From a bacterium (GTDB lineage Bacteria; Patescibacteriota; Minisyncoccia; UBA11713; 2-01-FULL-45-33): a DNA stretch of 54,804 nt. The DNA lies in NCBI GenBank assembly GCA_030648495.1, contig JAUSHV010000045.1, positions 1 to 54,804 of the forward strand. Reading direction: 5' to 3'. The first letter of the stretch is position 1. The number at the start of each line of letters is the position of its first letter. Both the position numbers and the translations under genes were made by a program. The notes under the pieces were generated by a model. It was not told the DNA's origin. It saw nothing but the letters and a program-made list of their open reading frames with translations, and searched no databases. Positions 35,200 through 44,784 of this stretch are shown here, piece by piece.

Positions 35200-36020
35200 A
35201 AATATCCCACCTGTTTTAACCAATAATCGTTGTCCCATTCCCAGAGAGTTTTGGCGGCGAGAAATGCTTTGATGTCTTTAAAATAATACGGAAACTCGCG
35301 GAGCTCAACAATGCCTTTTGTCGGCCCCCAATAGTGGTCTTCGTGAGACGACCCGCAATGGGCTCCTGTGTTGTCGTTTTTGCTTTGATATGAAGTCCTT
35401 ACTTTGTTTCTGCCTCCTTTTTCACGAAGACCGGCGCCACATCTTAAACATGTTTTTTGCTGGTCAATCCGCAATATCCAGCGCGTCTGTATCTCTTGGG
35501 GCAATGCGAGCGCGGATCTGATTGCAGGCTCTTGAAGCGCCAAAACATACGCCGCGGTCTGCAAATTGTAATCTGAATAAAATCCCGTCGAAGTTTTAAT
35601 ATCTAAAACTCCAAATTTTCCTCCGATAGTGGCAAGCGCGTCCACCGTTCCGGAAAATTTATGTAGTTGCGACCATATCGGGCGCTCTACATATTGCGGG
35701 TGAAAAACAATATTGTTTTTTTGATAAAATTCATTAAAAGCTGTCGCTGCGGGTTCAATCTCTTTGGGTATATCGACAGGCACGCCAACGGCAAGCTTTT
35801 GAACCGTTTCATGGACAAGTGTTCCTTCTTCAGCAGATTTATTTGTAACCGCTTCCACATCGGACATTTTCTCAACCTCTTTCCCCATTTCAAAATAATA
35901 ACCGTGCAAGGCGGGCTTCGCTTTCACTTCCAAAATTTTGGTAACCCGCGGATACCAAACGCCCCCAACCTCATGCCCCGCCGCTTTTTTAAAACTTTCC
36001 GCATCCTTATACCAAGCCAT
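35196..36020 (-). CDS. PD-(D/E)XK-family nuclease with an inserted Cys/His cluster
   Basis: GTLVHE, GTVDAL..GVLDIKTS, QTAAY. Insert CLRCGAGLREKG..AHCGSSHEDH. Confidence 0.6.
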   Translation of the reverse strand: MAWYKDAESFKKAAGHEVGGVWYPRVTKILEVKAKPALHGYYFEMGKEVEKMSDVEAVTNKSAEEGTLVHETVQKLAVGVPVDIPKEIEPAATAFNEFYQKNNIVFHPQYVERPIWSQLHKFSGTVDALATIGGKFGVLDIKTSTGFYSDYNLQTAAYVLALQEPAIRSALALPQEIQTRWILRIDQQKTCLRCGAGLREKGGRNKVRTSYQSKNDNTGAHCGSSHEDHYWGPTKGIVELREFPYYFKDIKAFLAAKTLWEWDNDYWLKQVGYL

Positions 36021-36042
36021 ATTGGAGTAGTATAGCCTAGAA

Positions 36043-36080
36043 GCACAAAATAAAAAAGCGTTGAAATATCAACGCTTTTT
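36043..36080 (-). terminator. Intrinsic terminator after pgk
   Basis: 12-bp stem aaaaagcgttga / tcaacgcttttt with loop aata. U-run on the minus strand. Confidence 0.7.
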
Positions 36081-37148
36081 CAATGCCTCTATCCCAGGCA
36101 AAGTTCCTTTTGCCAGAAATTCCAGCATGGCGCCGCCTCCGGTGGAGATGAAATCAAAGTTCTTCTCAAGTTTCATTTGGCGGATGGCCGCAACCGTGTC
36201 TCCCCCTCCGACAACACGATAGGCTTTCGATTTTCCGAGATCTTGTGCGAGACGGCGCGTCCCAAAATCAAATCCGTTTTCGCAAAAGCCCAGTGTGCCG
36301 TTCCACAAGACAAATTTTGCGTTTTTAGCCAGCTCCCCTAAAACCTTGACTGTTTTCGGTCCGGCATCGTAAATCAAATCTTTTTTTTCTATTTCCTTCA
36401 ATGAAATAATTTTCTTTTTTCCGTTGCGCAGGGCAATGGCATCTTCCGGAAGCAAAATTTTGTTGTTCCATAAAATTTTATTAGGAATTTTTATTGATTC
36501 AACTTTCGAGGCTCCTATAGATGTGCCGCGCAACGCCAAAAAAGTATTTCCCAGAGCGCCACCGACAAAAACGGCGTCTGCATGTTTTAAGAATTTCTTA
36601 ACCAAAGGTTCTTTGGTCTCAAACTTTTTCCCGCCTAAAATAAATAGGAACGGATGCCTTGGTTTAAAAAACTTTGAAAGTTCCGCTATCTCTTTTTTCA
36701 ATAATGGCCCGGCCTCGTGCGGAAGATATTTAGGCAGAGAAATTATCGATGAGTGCTCCCTGTGCGAAGCCGCAAATGCATCATTTATATAATAATTGCC
36801 CCAAGACGCAAGGGTATGCGAAAAAACTAAGTTATTTTCCTTTTCTCCTTTTTGGAGTCTCAGATTATCTAGAAGCGCGATATTTGCTTTAGACTTCTGA
36901 AAAAAATCAGCAGGCATTTCAAATATTTTGCCTTTAACGAAAATGATTCTAGGGAAATAAATTTTTAGATGTTTATAAAGAGCGTTCAAACTTGGATTCT
37001 GGCCCTCTTGTTCGGCATGCGTAATTAAAACTACCTTGGCGCCTTTTTTCAGCAATGTTTTTATAGTAGGCAGAGTACGCTGAACCCGGTATTCGAACGG
37101 GAAGTTAAAATCAACCCTTAAAATTACGCGTTTATTTTTTAAGTTCAT
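36069..37148 (-). CDS. pgk: Phosphoglycerate kinase (short form)
   Basis: RVILRVDFNFP, NDAFAASHREHSS, GGGDTVAA, STGGGAMLEFL. Confidence 0.88.
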   Translation of the reverse strand: MNLKNKRVILRVDFNFPFEYRVQRTLPTIKTLLKKGAKVVLITHAEQEGQNPSLNALYKHLKIYFPRIIFVKGKIFEMPADFFQKSKANIALLDNLRLQKGEKENNLVFSHTLASWGNYYINDAFAASHREHSSIISLPKYLPHEAGPLLKKEIAELSKFFKPRHPFLFILGGKKFETKEPLVKKFLKHADAVFVGGALGNTFLALRGTSIGASKVESIKIPNKILWNNKILLPEDAIALRNGKKKIISLKEIEKKDLIYDAGPKTVKVLGELAKNAKFVLWNGTLGFCENGFDFGTRRLAQDLGKSKAYRVVGGGDTVAAIRQMKLEKNFDFISTGGGAMLEFLAKGTLPGIEALKKR

Positions 37149-37924
37149 TGCGCCGCCTCTCCGGCCTCTTTTACTATTTTAATAAATTCCTGCGCCCTTA
37201 GACTGGCTCCCCCTACCAAAAGCCCATCCATGTTTCCGTCTTTAATAAAAGAAGCGGCATTTTGAGAGGTAACCGACCCGCCATAAATAATAGGAATCTT
37301 TGAAGCAATATTTTTACCGGCGATTTTATAGAGGTCCCTGCGAATCAATATCGTTATTTCAAAAGCGTGTTCGGGCGTTTCCGCGTGCCCCGTACCTATC
37401 GCCCAAATCGGCTCATAAGCAACTATTAGGTTTCTTAAAATCGTCTTTTTTATTTTTGAAAGCGCCAAATGAAGTTCTTGGCGCATGATAACCGGAAAGG
37501 CTTCTTCTTTATTCCTCTCTTTCTCTCCAATACAAAGAACTGCTTTCAGTCCTCCCTCCAAAACGGTTTTTAACTTTTTTTGGACAATCTCATTTGTTTC
37601 GCCCATTGCCCTCCTTTCAGAATGTCCGACTATGACAAACCCTACGCCAAATTGTTTGATTTGCGCCAAAGAGACCTCTCCGGTATATGCGCCTCCGCCA
37701 GCTGGCGGACCTTTTTCATAAAATACGTTCTGCGCCCCAAGCTTTATTTTTTTAGCTTTTCCTGCGAACTTGGCAACCGCCGGCAGATATATGGTCGGGG
37801 GCACAAGCACGACATCCATATTTCTTAAGCTATGGGGTTCCGCAGAAACTTTTCGCGCAAGTTTTACCGCGTCGGAGAGCGTTTTGGGGTTCATTTTCCA
37901 GTTACCAATTATAATCTTTTTCAT
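37145..37924 (-). CDS. tpiA: Triosephosphate isomerase
   Basis: IIGNWKMN, VGHSERR, AYEPIWAIGTG, YGGSV. Confidence 0.92.
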   Translation of the reverse strand: MKKIIIGNWKMNPKTLSDAVKLARKVSAEPHSLRNMDVVLVPPTIYLPAVAKFAGKAKKIKLGAQNVFYEKGPPAGGGAYTGEVSLAQIKQFGVGFVIVGHSERRAMGETNEIVQKKLKTVLEGGLKAVLCIGEKERNKEEAFPVIMRQELHLALSKIKKTILRNLIVAYEPIWAIGTGHAETPEHAFEITILIRRDLYKIAGKNIASKIPIIYGGSVTSQNAASFIKDGNMDGLLVGGASLRAQEFIKIVKEAGEAAQ

Positions 37925-37928
37925 AAAA

Positions 37929-38927
37929 CTATTTCCTTAAAATTTTAGCGGCCTCTTCCGGAGAAACCTTGACAATATCAATGCCCGCGCCCAATTCCAG
38001 TCCTCCCCAAATCGCCAGCCGCGGCAATATTTCCATGTGCCAATGATAATGCTTTTCATTTTCTTTTTTCGGCGGAGCAGTATGGATGAAAAAATTATAA
38101 TCAGGATTTTTGAGATTTTTATAAATTCTTCTGAAAACAACATGCATCGCGTCCGCAAGGTCTTTTTTCCGGCTTTCATCGATGATTTCAAATCTAGACT
38201 CATGATTTTTGGGGAATATTCTTATCTCGTAAGAGACTTTTGAGGCGTACGGCGCAATTACGGCGAAAGATTTATTTTGATAAATTATTCTTATTTTCTC
38301 TTTCATTTCCGATTTGAGCATATCGCAATGCACGCATCTCTTTGTGTTTGCAAAATATCTTCTGGAGCCTTCTAGGCTATTTGCCACATCTGGCGGAATA
38401 ATCGGCAAAGCAAAAATTTGTGAGTGAGGATGAGGCACAGAAGCCCCGGCTCGCGGACCGGAATTGTGTAAAATCAAAATAAATTCCATGCACGGCGCGG
38501 CTCTTAACGCCTGGTAGCGTAAAATATACGATTCTAAAATAATTTCGATTTCATCTTTATCCATTAATCCGAACGGCTTCATGTGGTCGCGCATAATGAC
38601 AAGCTCCTGAAATCCGTTTCCCGGAGTGGATTCATAGAGACCGCGCTTTATTACAGGCACGCAAGTCTTATTGGTTATGACTACCGGATATTTATTTTCG
38701 TACACTCTTACCAACCAGTCTTTCGCGTCGGCTTTTCCTTTCTTGGGCAACCAAAGCAAATTCTTGCCTTGTTCAGACTGGACGATGTTTTCGAACGGAC
38801 ACTTCGACTTGGGAAGCGCCTTAGTTGGTTCGCGAGTAAAAAACATCGGTTTTTTTGATTTTTGCGCGGAAATTAAAACCCAGTCACCGGAAACAAGGTC
38901 TTTTCTGAATTCAATTATTTTATTCAT
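37929..38927 (-). CDS. galT: Galactose-1-phosphate uridylyltransferase-like HIT-family enzyme
   Basis: KCPFE plus VPHPHSQIFALP (HxHxQ). Confidence 0.75.
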   Translation of the reverse strand: MNKIIEFRKDLVSGDWVLISAQKSKKPMFFTREPTKALPKSKCPFENIVQSEQGKNLLWLPKKGKADAKDWLVRVYENKYPVVITNKTCVPVIKRGLYESTPGNGFQELVIMRDHMKPFGLMDKDEIEIILESYILRYQALRAAPCMEFILILHNSGPRAGASVPHPHSQIFALPIIPPDVANSLEGSRRYFANTKRCVHCDMLKSEMKEKIRIIYQNKSFAVIAPYASKVSYEIRIFPKNHESRFEIIDESRKKDLADAMHVVFRRIYKNLKNPDYNFFIHTAPPKKENEKHYHWHMEILPRLAIWGGLELGAGIDIVKVSPEEAAKILRK

Positions 38928-39667
38928 ATTATTAGCCGTCTTATATATTTCCTAATTTTATACACTTCCCAGAGAGTTTTAAAGTATGAGCCCAAGCTTA
39001 CATGCGTTGCCGGGTCATTTTTCCAATCTGCGGGGATGATTGCAATCTTTAGGTCAAACTTTTTTGCGATTGCCAAAGCTTCAACATCAAAAGCCCAACG
39101 ATCAATTTTAGCAAGATTAAATATTTTCTCAGCCGCGTGGTCGCGGAAAGCTTTGAATCCGCATTGTGTATCCCAAATCCCCCTTACCGCCATCCATTGG
39201 ATGTAGAGATTGCCAAGATTGCCCAAAAGCCGCTTCCACCATTTTTGCTTGATATTTTGTTTGGCTCCAGGAGCGTCTTTTTCGTCCCGCGAACAAATAA
39301 CAACTTCGTATCCTTTGTCAAAAAACGGCCGCATTTTCTCAAAATGAGAAATGTCTGTCGCGTTATCCGCGTCCGCAAAAAGACGTATCTTGCCGTAAAC
39401 CTCGAGCATACCTTGGCGCACTGTGTAGCCTTTCCCCTTGTTTTCTTTTCTGTCGATAACGCGTAAATTTTTTATTTCGTTACTCATTCTGCCAACAATC
39501 TCCGCAGTGCCATCTTTTGATCCGTCGCTTACCACCACAATCTCGTAAGTATAGGCTTGTTTGGAAAGATGTTCCTGAAACCGCTGCAAAGTCTTACCAA
39601 TCCGTTTTGATTCGTTGTAAGCAGGCACTATAACCGAAAGATAAATATCAGGCTTGGGCATGAACAT
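38924..39667 (-). CDS. Family-2 glycosyltransferase (polyprenol-phosphate sugar transferase-like)
   Basis: LSVIVPAYNES, VVSDGSKDGT, FADADN. Confidence 0.8.
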   Translation of the reverse strand: MFMPKPDIYLSVIVPAYNESKRIGKTLQRFQEHLSKQAYTYEIVVVSDGSKDGTAEIVGRMSNEIKNLRVIDRKENKGKGYTVRQGMLEVYGKIRLFADADNATDISHFEKMRPFFDKGYEVVICSRDEKDAPGAKQNIKQKWWKRLLGNLGNLYIQWMAVRGIWDTQCGFKAFRDHAAEKIFNLAKIDRWAFDVEALAIAKKFDLKIAIIPADWKNDPATHVSLGSYFKTLWEVYKIRKYIRRLII

Positions 39668-39680
39668 ATTTTAGCATATC

Positions 39681-40433
39681 CTATACTTTTGTTAGAACTT
39701 CCACGCCGTTTTTTGTGACTACCATTGTATGTTCAAAATGTGCCGAGCGGGAGCCGTCGCGGGTGAGCCATGTCCAGCCGTCTTTTGCGAGTTTTACTTT
39801 AAAATTGCCCTCTGTAGCCATAGGCTCGATAGCTATAACCTCTCCTTCACGGAGCTCCGGCCCGTCGCCGCGATGCCCCCAATTTGGTATCTCGGGCTCC
39901 TCGTGAACGGCGCTTCCAACGCCGTGGCCCACAAGTTCACGAACCACGCCGAAGTCTTCTTTTTCTAAACATTGCTGTATTGCAAATCCTATGTCGCCGA
40001 CTCTCACGCCGACACGGACTTGGGCAATTCCGATTTCCAAAGATTTTTTTGTTACATCAATTAATTTATTTTTACCGCCTCCTACTAAAAGCGTCATCGC
40101 GGTGTCCGTAAATAATCCATCGTACCGCATTCCGATATCCAATCCGACCACGTCGCCATTTTTCAAAGCTCGGCCATTTGGTATCCCGTGCACAACCTCT
40201 TCATTTATAGATACGCAAAGAGTTCCGGGATATGCTGTTGGAGCTCCGTAAACTTTGTATCCTTTAAACGACGGCTTGCCGCCTACTTTTAAAATTAATT
40301 TTTCTGCAAGTTCATCTAATTCTTTTGTTGTAACCCCTTCTTTGGCGGCCTCCGAAACCTCAACCAAAATAGCGGCAAGTCGCTTGCCGCCATCCCGCAA
40401 AATTTCAAGTTCTTTTTTATTTTTGATTATCAT
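39681..40433 (-). CDS. map: Methionine aminopeptidase type I
   Basis: VVHGIPN, DIGMRYDG, GHGVGSAVHEEP, IAIEPM. Confidence 0.92.
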   Translation of the reverse strand: MIIKNKKELEILRDGGKRLAAILVEVSEAAKEGVTTKELDELAEKLILKVGGKPSFKGYKVYGAPTAYPGTLCVSINEEVVHGIPNGRALKNGDVVGLDIGMRYDGLFTDTAMTLLVGGGKNKLIDVTKKSLEIGIAQVRVGVRVGDIGFAIQQCLEKEDFGVVRELVGHGVGSAVHEEPEIPNWGHRGDGPELREGEVIAIEPMATEGNFKVKLAKDGWTWLTRDGSRSAHFEHTMVVTKNGVEVLTKV

Positions 40434-41095
40434 AAATTCAATGCTTTTATGATGTCTTTATGGGTATCTTCAATAGATTGTTCGCCGTTGATAATTTTTA
40501 CCCTGTGCAGGCCTTCAATGAATTTTATGGCCGGAACTGTTTTCTGGGCATACTCATCAGTCCGCATCTGAAGCACTTCTTTTTGGTCAAGATCGCGGGT
40601 CTCCAAAACGCCGTCTCCCTCGGGGCATTTTGTCCCCGGTGTAAAAACATCTGAACGGATATAAACATGCCTGCTGTCGCGGTTGCATATGAGCCGCTTC
40701 TCCACTCTTCTTTTGAACTCGTCCACGCTTATTTCTATCAACAATACGTAAACATTTTCTTTGCCCAATAATTTAACAACCTCAGGGAAAACGGCTTTGG
40801 CTTCGTATAATGTCCGCGGCGTCCCGTCATATATAATACCCTTAGCCGTTTTTATAATTTCTCGGGTCTTCTCCAATACTACGCGTGTAGTCCATTCAGC
40901 CTCAAAAAGCTTACCTGTCTTATAAAGCTCTACCTGCCGCTTTGTTTGTTCGTCATCATGGCTATTTATGTATTCTTTGCCCTCGCGGCTCGTAGTAAAA
41001 TGGTAAAAACCCATTTTCTCCGCCAAAATTTTAGCTTGAGTTCCTTTGCCGGAAGCGGGACGACCAAAAAGAAAAATAGCGACTTTTTTATCCAT
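40430..41095 (-). CDS. adk: Adenylate kinase
   Basis: GRPASGKGTQA P-loop. Trimmed to MDKKVAIFLFG. Sits in the secY-adk-map context. Confidence 0.85.
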   Translation of the reverse strand: MDKKVAIFLFGRPASGKGTQAKILAEKMGFYHFTTSREGKEYINSHDDEQTKRQVELYKTGKLFEAEWTTRVVLEKTREIIKTAKGIIYDGTPRTLYEAKAVFPEVVKLLGKENVYVLLIEISVDEFKRRVEKRLICNRDSRHVYIRSDVFTPGTKCPEGDGVLETRDLDQKEVLQMRTDEYAQKTVPAIKFIEGLHRVKIINGEQSIEDTHKDIIKALNL

Positions 41096-41096
41096 A

Positions 41097-42359
41097 TTAT
41101 TCGTACGCGCGAAGGGAAATCTGGCCTTCAATTTGTTTGGCGGTCTCCAAAACTACGGAGACGACGATAAGAAGCGAGGTTCCTCCAATTGTAAGAGTGG
41201 TAATGCCAGTTGCTCCCTGCAAAAGCGACGGCATGACGGCGATTATTCCCAAAAACAAAGCTCCTGCAAGCGTGATGCGGCTCACTATCTTGTAAAGATA
41301 TTCTGCCGTATTGCGCCCGGGGCGGATGCCCGGCACAAATGCCCCGCTTTTTTGCAAATTAGTAGAAATGGCGCTTGGATCAAAAGTTACGAAAGTATAA
41401 AAATATGTAAATAGAAAAACCAGAATAAAATAGCCCAAAGCATGGTACCAATTATTAGCCAGAAAACCCAGGACAAAAGAAGATATGTTTTTAAGAATGA
41501 AATTTGAAGAGCCCGACAAAAAATTGGCTACCATCTGAGGAAGAAGCAAAATGGACAACGCAAAAATTATCGGAATAACTCCGGCTTGATTGACCCGCAA
41601 AGGCAAATAAGTAGTCGAGCCGCCGTACATGCGCATTCCCCTTACACGCTTCGCGTAGTAAACGGGAATAGGCCGCTCTCCCTCCGATATTACGATTACT
41701 GCGGCGATTGTGATAAGCGCAACGGCCAAAAAAGCAATGAGCGTCGGTAACTGCGATGGATCATAAGCTATCAGCGTTTGACGCGCGTCAGACGGAAAAC
41801 TTGCCACGATACCGGCAAAAATTATTATAGACACTCCGTTGCCGACCGAATACTCGGATATCAATTCTCCTATCCACATTAGGAGAATTGACCCGGCCGC
41901 GACTATAAGGAGGCTACCTAAGCGTTGAGACAAAGTAAAATGAAAGATTCCCTGCCGCTCAAAAATAGTTAAAAGCGCAAATCCCTGGACCAAAGCCAGA
42001 GGAAAAGTAAGTATTCTTGAATATTGGTTGAATTTTTGCCGACCGGCTTCGCCCTCTTCCTGATAAAGTTCTTTTAAACGCGGAATCATCATGGTCAAAA
42101 GCTGCATTATAATTGAGCCCGTAATGTAAGGGCCTACTCCCAGCATGACTATTGAAAGATTCGAAAGACCTCCGCCAGAAAAAACATTGAGCAGGCCGAA
42201 TAGCTGGTTTGCGGCAAAAAATTGCTTTAATTTATCGGCGTCTATTCCCGGTACGGGGATGGAAGCGCATAACCGAAACACCGCTAAAAACAGCAAAAGA
42301 TATAAGAATTTTTTGCGGAGGTCCTTGTCTTGAAAAATCAGCTTAGCTTTGTCCCACAT
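41097..42359 (-). CDS. secY: Preprotein translocase subunit SecY
   Basis: 420 aa, 10 TM segments, GVGPYITGSIIMQLL. Confidence 0.93.
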   Translation of the reverse strand: MWDKAKLIFQDKDLRKKFLYLLLFLAVFRLCASIPVPGIDADKLKQFFAANQLFGLLNVFSGGGLSNLSIVMLGVGPYITGSIIMQLLTMMIPRLKELYQEEGEAGRQKFNQYSRILTFPLALVQGFALLTIFERQGIFHFTLSQRLGSLLIVAAGSILLMWIGELISEYSVGNGVSIIIFAGIVASFPSDARQTLIAYDPSQLPTLIAFLAVALITIAAVIVISEGERPIPVYYAKRVRGMRMYGGSTTYLPLRVNQAGVIPIIFALSILLLPQMVANFLSGSSNFILKNISSFVLGFLANNWYHALGYFILVFLFTYFYTFVTFDPSAISTNLQKSGAFVPGIRPGRNTAEYLYKIVSRITLAGALFLGIIAVMPSLLQGATGITTLTIGGTSLLIVVSVVLETAKQIEGQISLRAYE

Positions 42360-42781
42360 TATTTTATTTTATTCTTAACTGCGGCGGACATCAACAAGTC
42401 TTTATCAAAGATAAGTTTTTTGGTTAATTTGCCAATACCCAAAATTTTTACCTTAGGCATTTTACCTCCCACAGGCCGAATCAGGCTCTTTGCCAATAAA
42501 GATTTCGGGGTTATTTTGTCTCCATTATTAAAATTCTTCTCTAAGACCTCCAAATTCACGCCAGCCGGCTTACTTGCAACAGAACGAGCAAAATATCCGC
42601 GCCTTTGTCCGCGCCTTTTGTGGATTTTCTTGATCATGTCCCTTATTTGCGGGCGGATACGGTGTCCTGAACGGGCCCTTTGTCCCTTGATGCCTTTTCC
42701 GGAAAAAGAACCACGCTTGCCCCCTCTTCCTACTCTCCTCTTGACTCTACCGTGTGCTTTTTGTAATTCGTGCGATTGCAT
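42359..42781 (-). CDS. rplO: Ribosomal protein L15
   Basis: RRVGRGGKRGSFSGKGIKGQRARSG. Confidence 0.93.
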   Translation of the reverse strand: MQSHELQKAHGRVKRRVGRGGKRGSFSGKGIKGQRARSGHRIRPQIRDMIKKIHKRRGQRRGYFARSVASKPAGVNLEVLEKNFNNGDKITPKSLLAKSLIRPVGGKMPKVKILGIGKLTKKLIFDKDLLMSAAVKNKIK

Positions 42782-42785
42782 TGTT

Positions 42786-43262
42786 TTATTTCTTTGTTTT
42801 TAAACTTTTAATCGCTTCCATCGTGGCTCTCGCGTTGTTGATCTTGTTTTTCCCGTGCGAAAGAATTTTCGCGCTCGCGTTCTTCACTCCCGCTAAAGCC
42901 AAAACCACGCGCGGCGCGCCTCCGGCGACCAATCCTTTTTCCTTGCCAACCTTGGATGGTTTTAAAATAACTCTGGCGCTAGCATATTTTGCGTAGACCT
43001 CGTGAGGAATTGAACCGTTTGCCGTCAGAGGAACGGATATCATATGTTTTTTCGCATCTCTTAAAGCTTTTTCAATCGACTGGGAAGTGTCGGCCGCTTT
43101 ACCCAGACCAAAACCGACGTCTCCTTTTAAATTTCCGATGACCAAAGCCGCGCGAAAAGTAAATCGCCTTCCGCCCGCGACAACTCTCGCGACCCTGCGC
43201 AGGTCAATGAGTTTTTGTTCGTATTCGCTTTTTGGCCTTGGTGGCCTGTCTGGTCTTGCCAT
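42786..43262 (-). CDS. rpsE: Ribosomal protein S5
   Basis: RVARVVAGGRRFTFRALVVIGN.. Followed after 4 nt by rplO, with no L30 gene between. Confidence 0.94.
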   Translation of the reverse strand: MARPDRPPRPKSEYEQKLIDLRRVARVVAGGRRFTFRAALVIGNLKGDVGFGLGKAADTSQSIEKALRDAKKHMISVPLTANGSIPHEVYAKYASARVILKPSKVGKEKGLVAGGAPRVVLALAGVKNASAKILSHGKNKINNARATMEAIKSLKTKK

Positions 43263-43288
43263 AAAATTTAGAAATTAAGTATTAGTAA

Positions 43289-43642
43289 TTAGAACTTAAG
43301 ACCCCCCTCCCTCGCGCCTTCGGCTATTTTTTTAACACGGCCTTGATATTTGAACCCTCCCCTGTCAAAAACAACCTCGCGGATGCCTTTTTTTAATGCC
43401 TGCTCCGCAAAAGACTTGCCTGATGCGAATGCTTTTTCCGATTTCGTCATTTTCTTTTTACCGTCAACCAACGCATCGTCCATCAGCCCGATTATTGTTT
43501 TACCCTTCTCATCATCTATCATCTGCAAAAAAACATGTTTGTTTGATCTTGAAACGGCAAAACGCGGGCGTGACGCAGTACCCGCAATTTTTGCCCTTAC
43601 TCTTTTATGCCTGAAAACTCTTTTTGATATTTTTCTATTCAT
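43289..43642 (-). CDS. rplR: Ribosomal protein L18
   Basis: RHKRVRAKIAGTASRPRFAVSRSNKHVFLQMIDD. Trimmed to MNRKISK. Confidence 0.92.
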   Translation of the reverse strand: MNRKISKRVFRHKRVRAKIAGTASRPRFAVSRSNKHVFLQMIDDEKGKTIIGLMDDALVDGKKKMTKSEKAFASGKSFAEQALKKGIREVVFDRGGFKYQGRVKKIAEGAREGGLKF

Positions 43643-43652
43643 TTTAGTTTTA

Positions 43653-44195
43653 TTAGGCCGCTGAAACCGCTTTTTTACCTGCCTTTCTTCTAATAACTTC
43701 ACCGAAATAATGAATGCCTTTTCCCTTGTAAGGTTCCGGCAATTTTTTCGAGCGGATATCGGCTGAAACCATACCTACTGTTTCTTTGTCTATCCCGGTA
43801 ACAAAAATCGCGTTTTTCTCAACTTTAAAAGAAATATCTTTGGGCGGAACAATAATAACTTTATGTGTGAATCCCAAAGATAAAATAAGATTGGCGCCTT
43901 CCATCTGTACTTTGTACCCGACTCCTTCGATTTCAAGTTTTTTTTGAAATCCCAAACTCACACCGGCGATGGCGTTTTTTACCAGCGAGGCTGCCGAGCC
44001 CAAAGACGGGTCTTTTTTCTTCTCTTCCTTTTTTAAGGTCACGACCAAAGACGCTCCTTCGAGCTTGAATTCTATGTTTTCGGAAAAAGTTTTTTTTAGC
44101 TCTCCTTTCGGACCATTAAAAATAAGTGTGTTGCCTGCTACGGTCACTTTTACTTCCGCCGGAATATTTATCGGTTTTTTTGCTAAACGGCTCAT
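43653..44195 (-). CDS. rplF: Ribosomal protein L6
   Basis: MSRLAKKPINIP..VTV.. and EPYKGKGI. Confidence 0.94.
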   Translation of the reverse strand: MSRLAKKPINIPAEVKVTVAGNTLIFNGPKGELKKTFSENIEFKLEGASLVVTLKKEEKKKDPSLGSAASLVKNAIAGVSLGFQKKLEIEGVGYKVQMEGANLILSLGFTHKVIIVPPKDISFKVEKNAIFVTGIDKETVGMVSADIRSKKLPEPYKGKGIHYFGEVIRRKAGKKAVSAA

Positions 44196-44201
44196 ATTTA
44201 T

Positions 44202-44594
44202 TTACCAAATTTCGAATAAAATTTCTCCGCCTACTTTTTGTTTTCTTGCCTCGCGATCGGTCAACAAGCCCTTGGTCGTGGAATAAACCGCGGTTCCCAG
44301 ACCGTTCTTTACCGAAAAAATCTCGCCGGCACCCCGATAGATCCTGCGCGATGGTTTGGAAATCCTTTTGACGCCGGAGATCTTCGGCATTCCGTCCGCA
44401 CCGTAAACCAATGTAACCTCGATAAGTTTTTTCTGTTTTTTCCCGTGGTTTTGGGTAGCTCCTATATATCCCCGGCTCTCCAAAATTTTTGCTATTTCGG
44501 TTTTTAATTTAGAGTGCGCGAAAGACACGGTCTCTTTTTTCACCGCTTGCGCGTTCTTTATTCTTATTAACATGTCTGATATTGGATCTGTCAT
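44202..44594 (-). CDS. rpsH: Ribosomal protein S8
   Basis: MTDPISDMLIRIKNA. Confidence 0.95.
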   Translation of the reverse strand: MTDPISDMLIRIKNAQAVKKETVSFAHSKLKTEIAKILESRGYIGATQNHGKKQKKLIEVTLVYGADGMPKISGVKRISKPSRRIYRGAGEIFSVKNGLGTAVYSTTKGLLTDREARKQKVGGEILFEIW

Positions 44595-44598
44595 ATAT

Positions 44599-44784
44599 TT
44601 ACCAAGATGATTTTCTAATACCGGGTATCAAACCTTCGTTCGCCAGCTCCCGGAAGCATATCCTGCAAAGTTCAAACGCCCGCATGTATCCGCGCTTTCT
44701 TCCGCAACGAAAACAGCGGCGAACAATCCTGCTTTTGAACTTGGGAGGCTTTAGCGATCTTGCGTATGTTGAAGTTTTAGACAT
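44599..44784 (-). CDS. rpsN: Ribosomal protein S14, zinc-binding type Z
   Basis: 61 aa, CFRCGRKRGY..CRICFRE. Confidence 0.94.
   Translation of the reverse strand: MSKTSTYARSLKPPKFKSRIVRRCFRCGRKRGYMRAFELCRICFRELANEGLIPGIRKSSW

Noticed and set aside
38141-38170. 11-nt match (cgcaaggtctt) to the repeat-A arm inside galT.
   Set aside because: There is no similarity beyond the 11-mer on either side, so it is consistent with chance.
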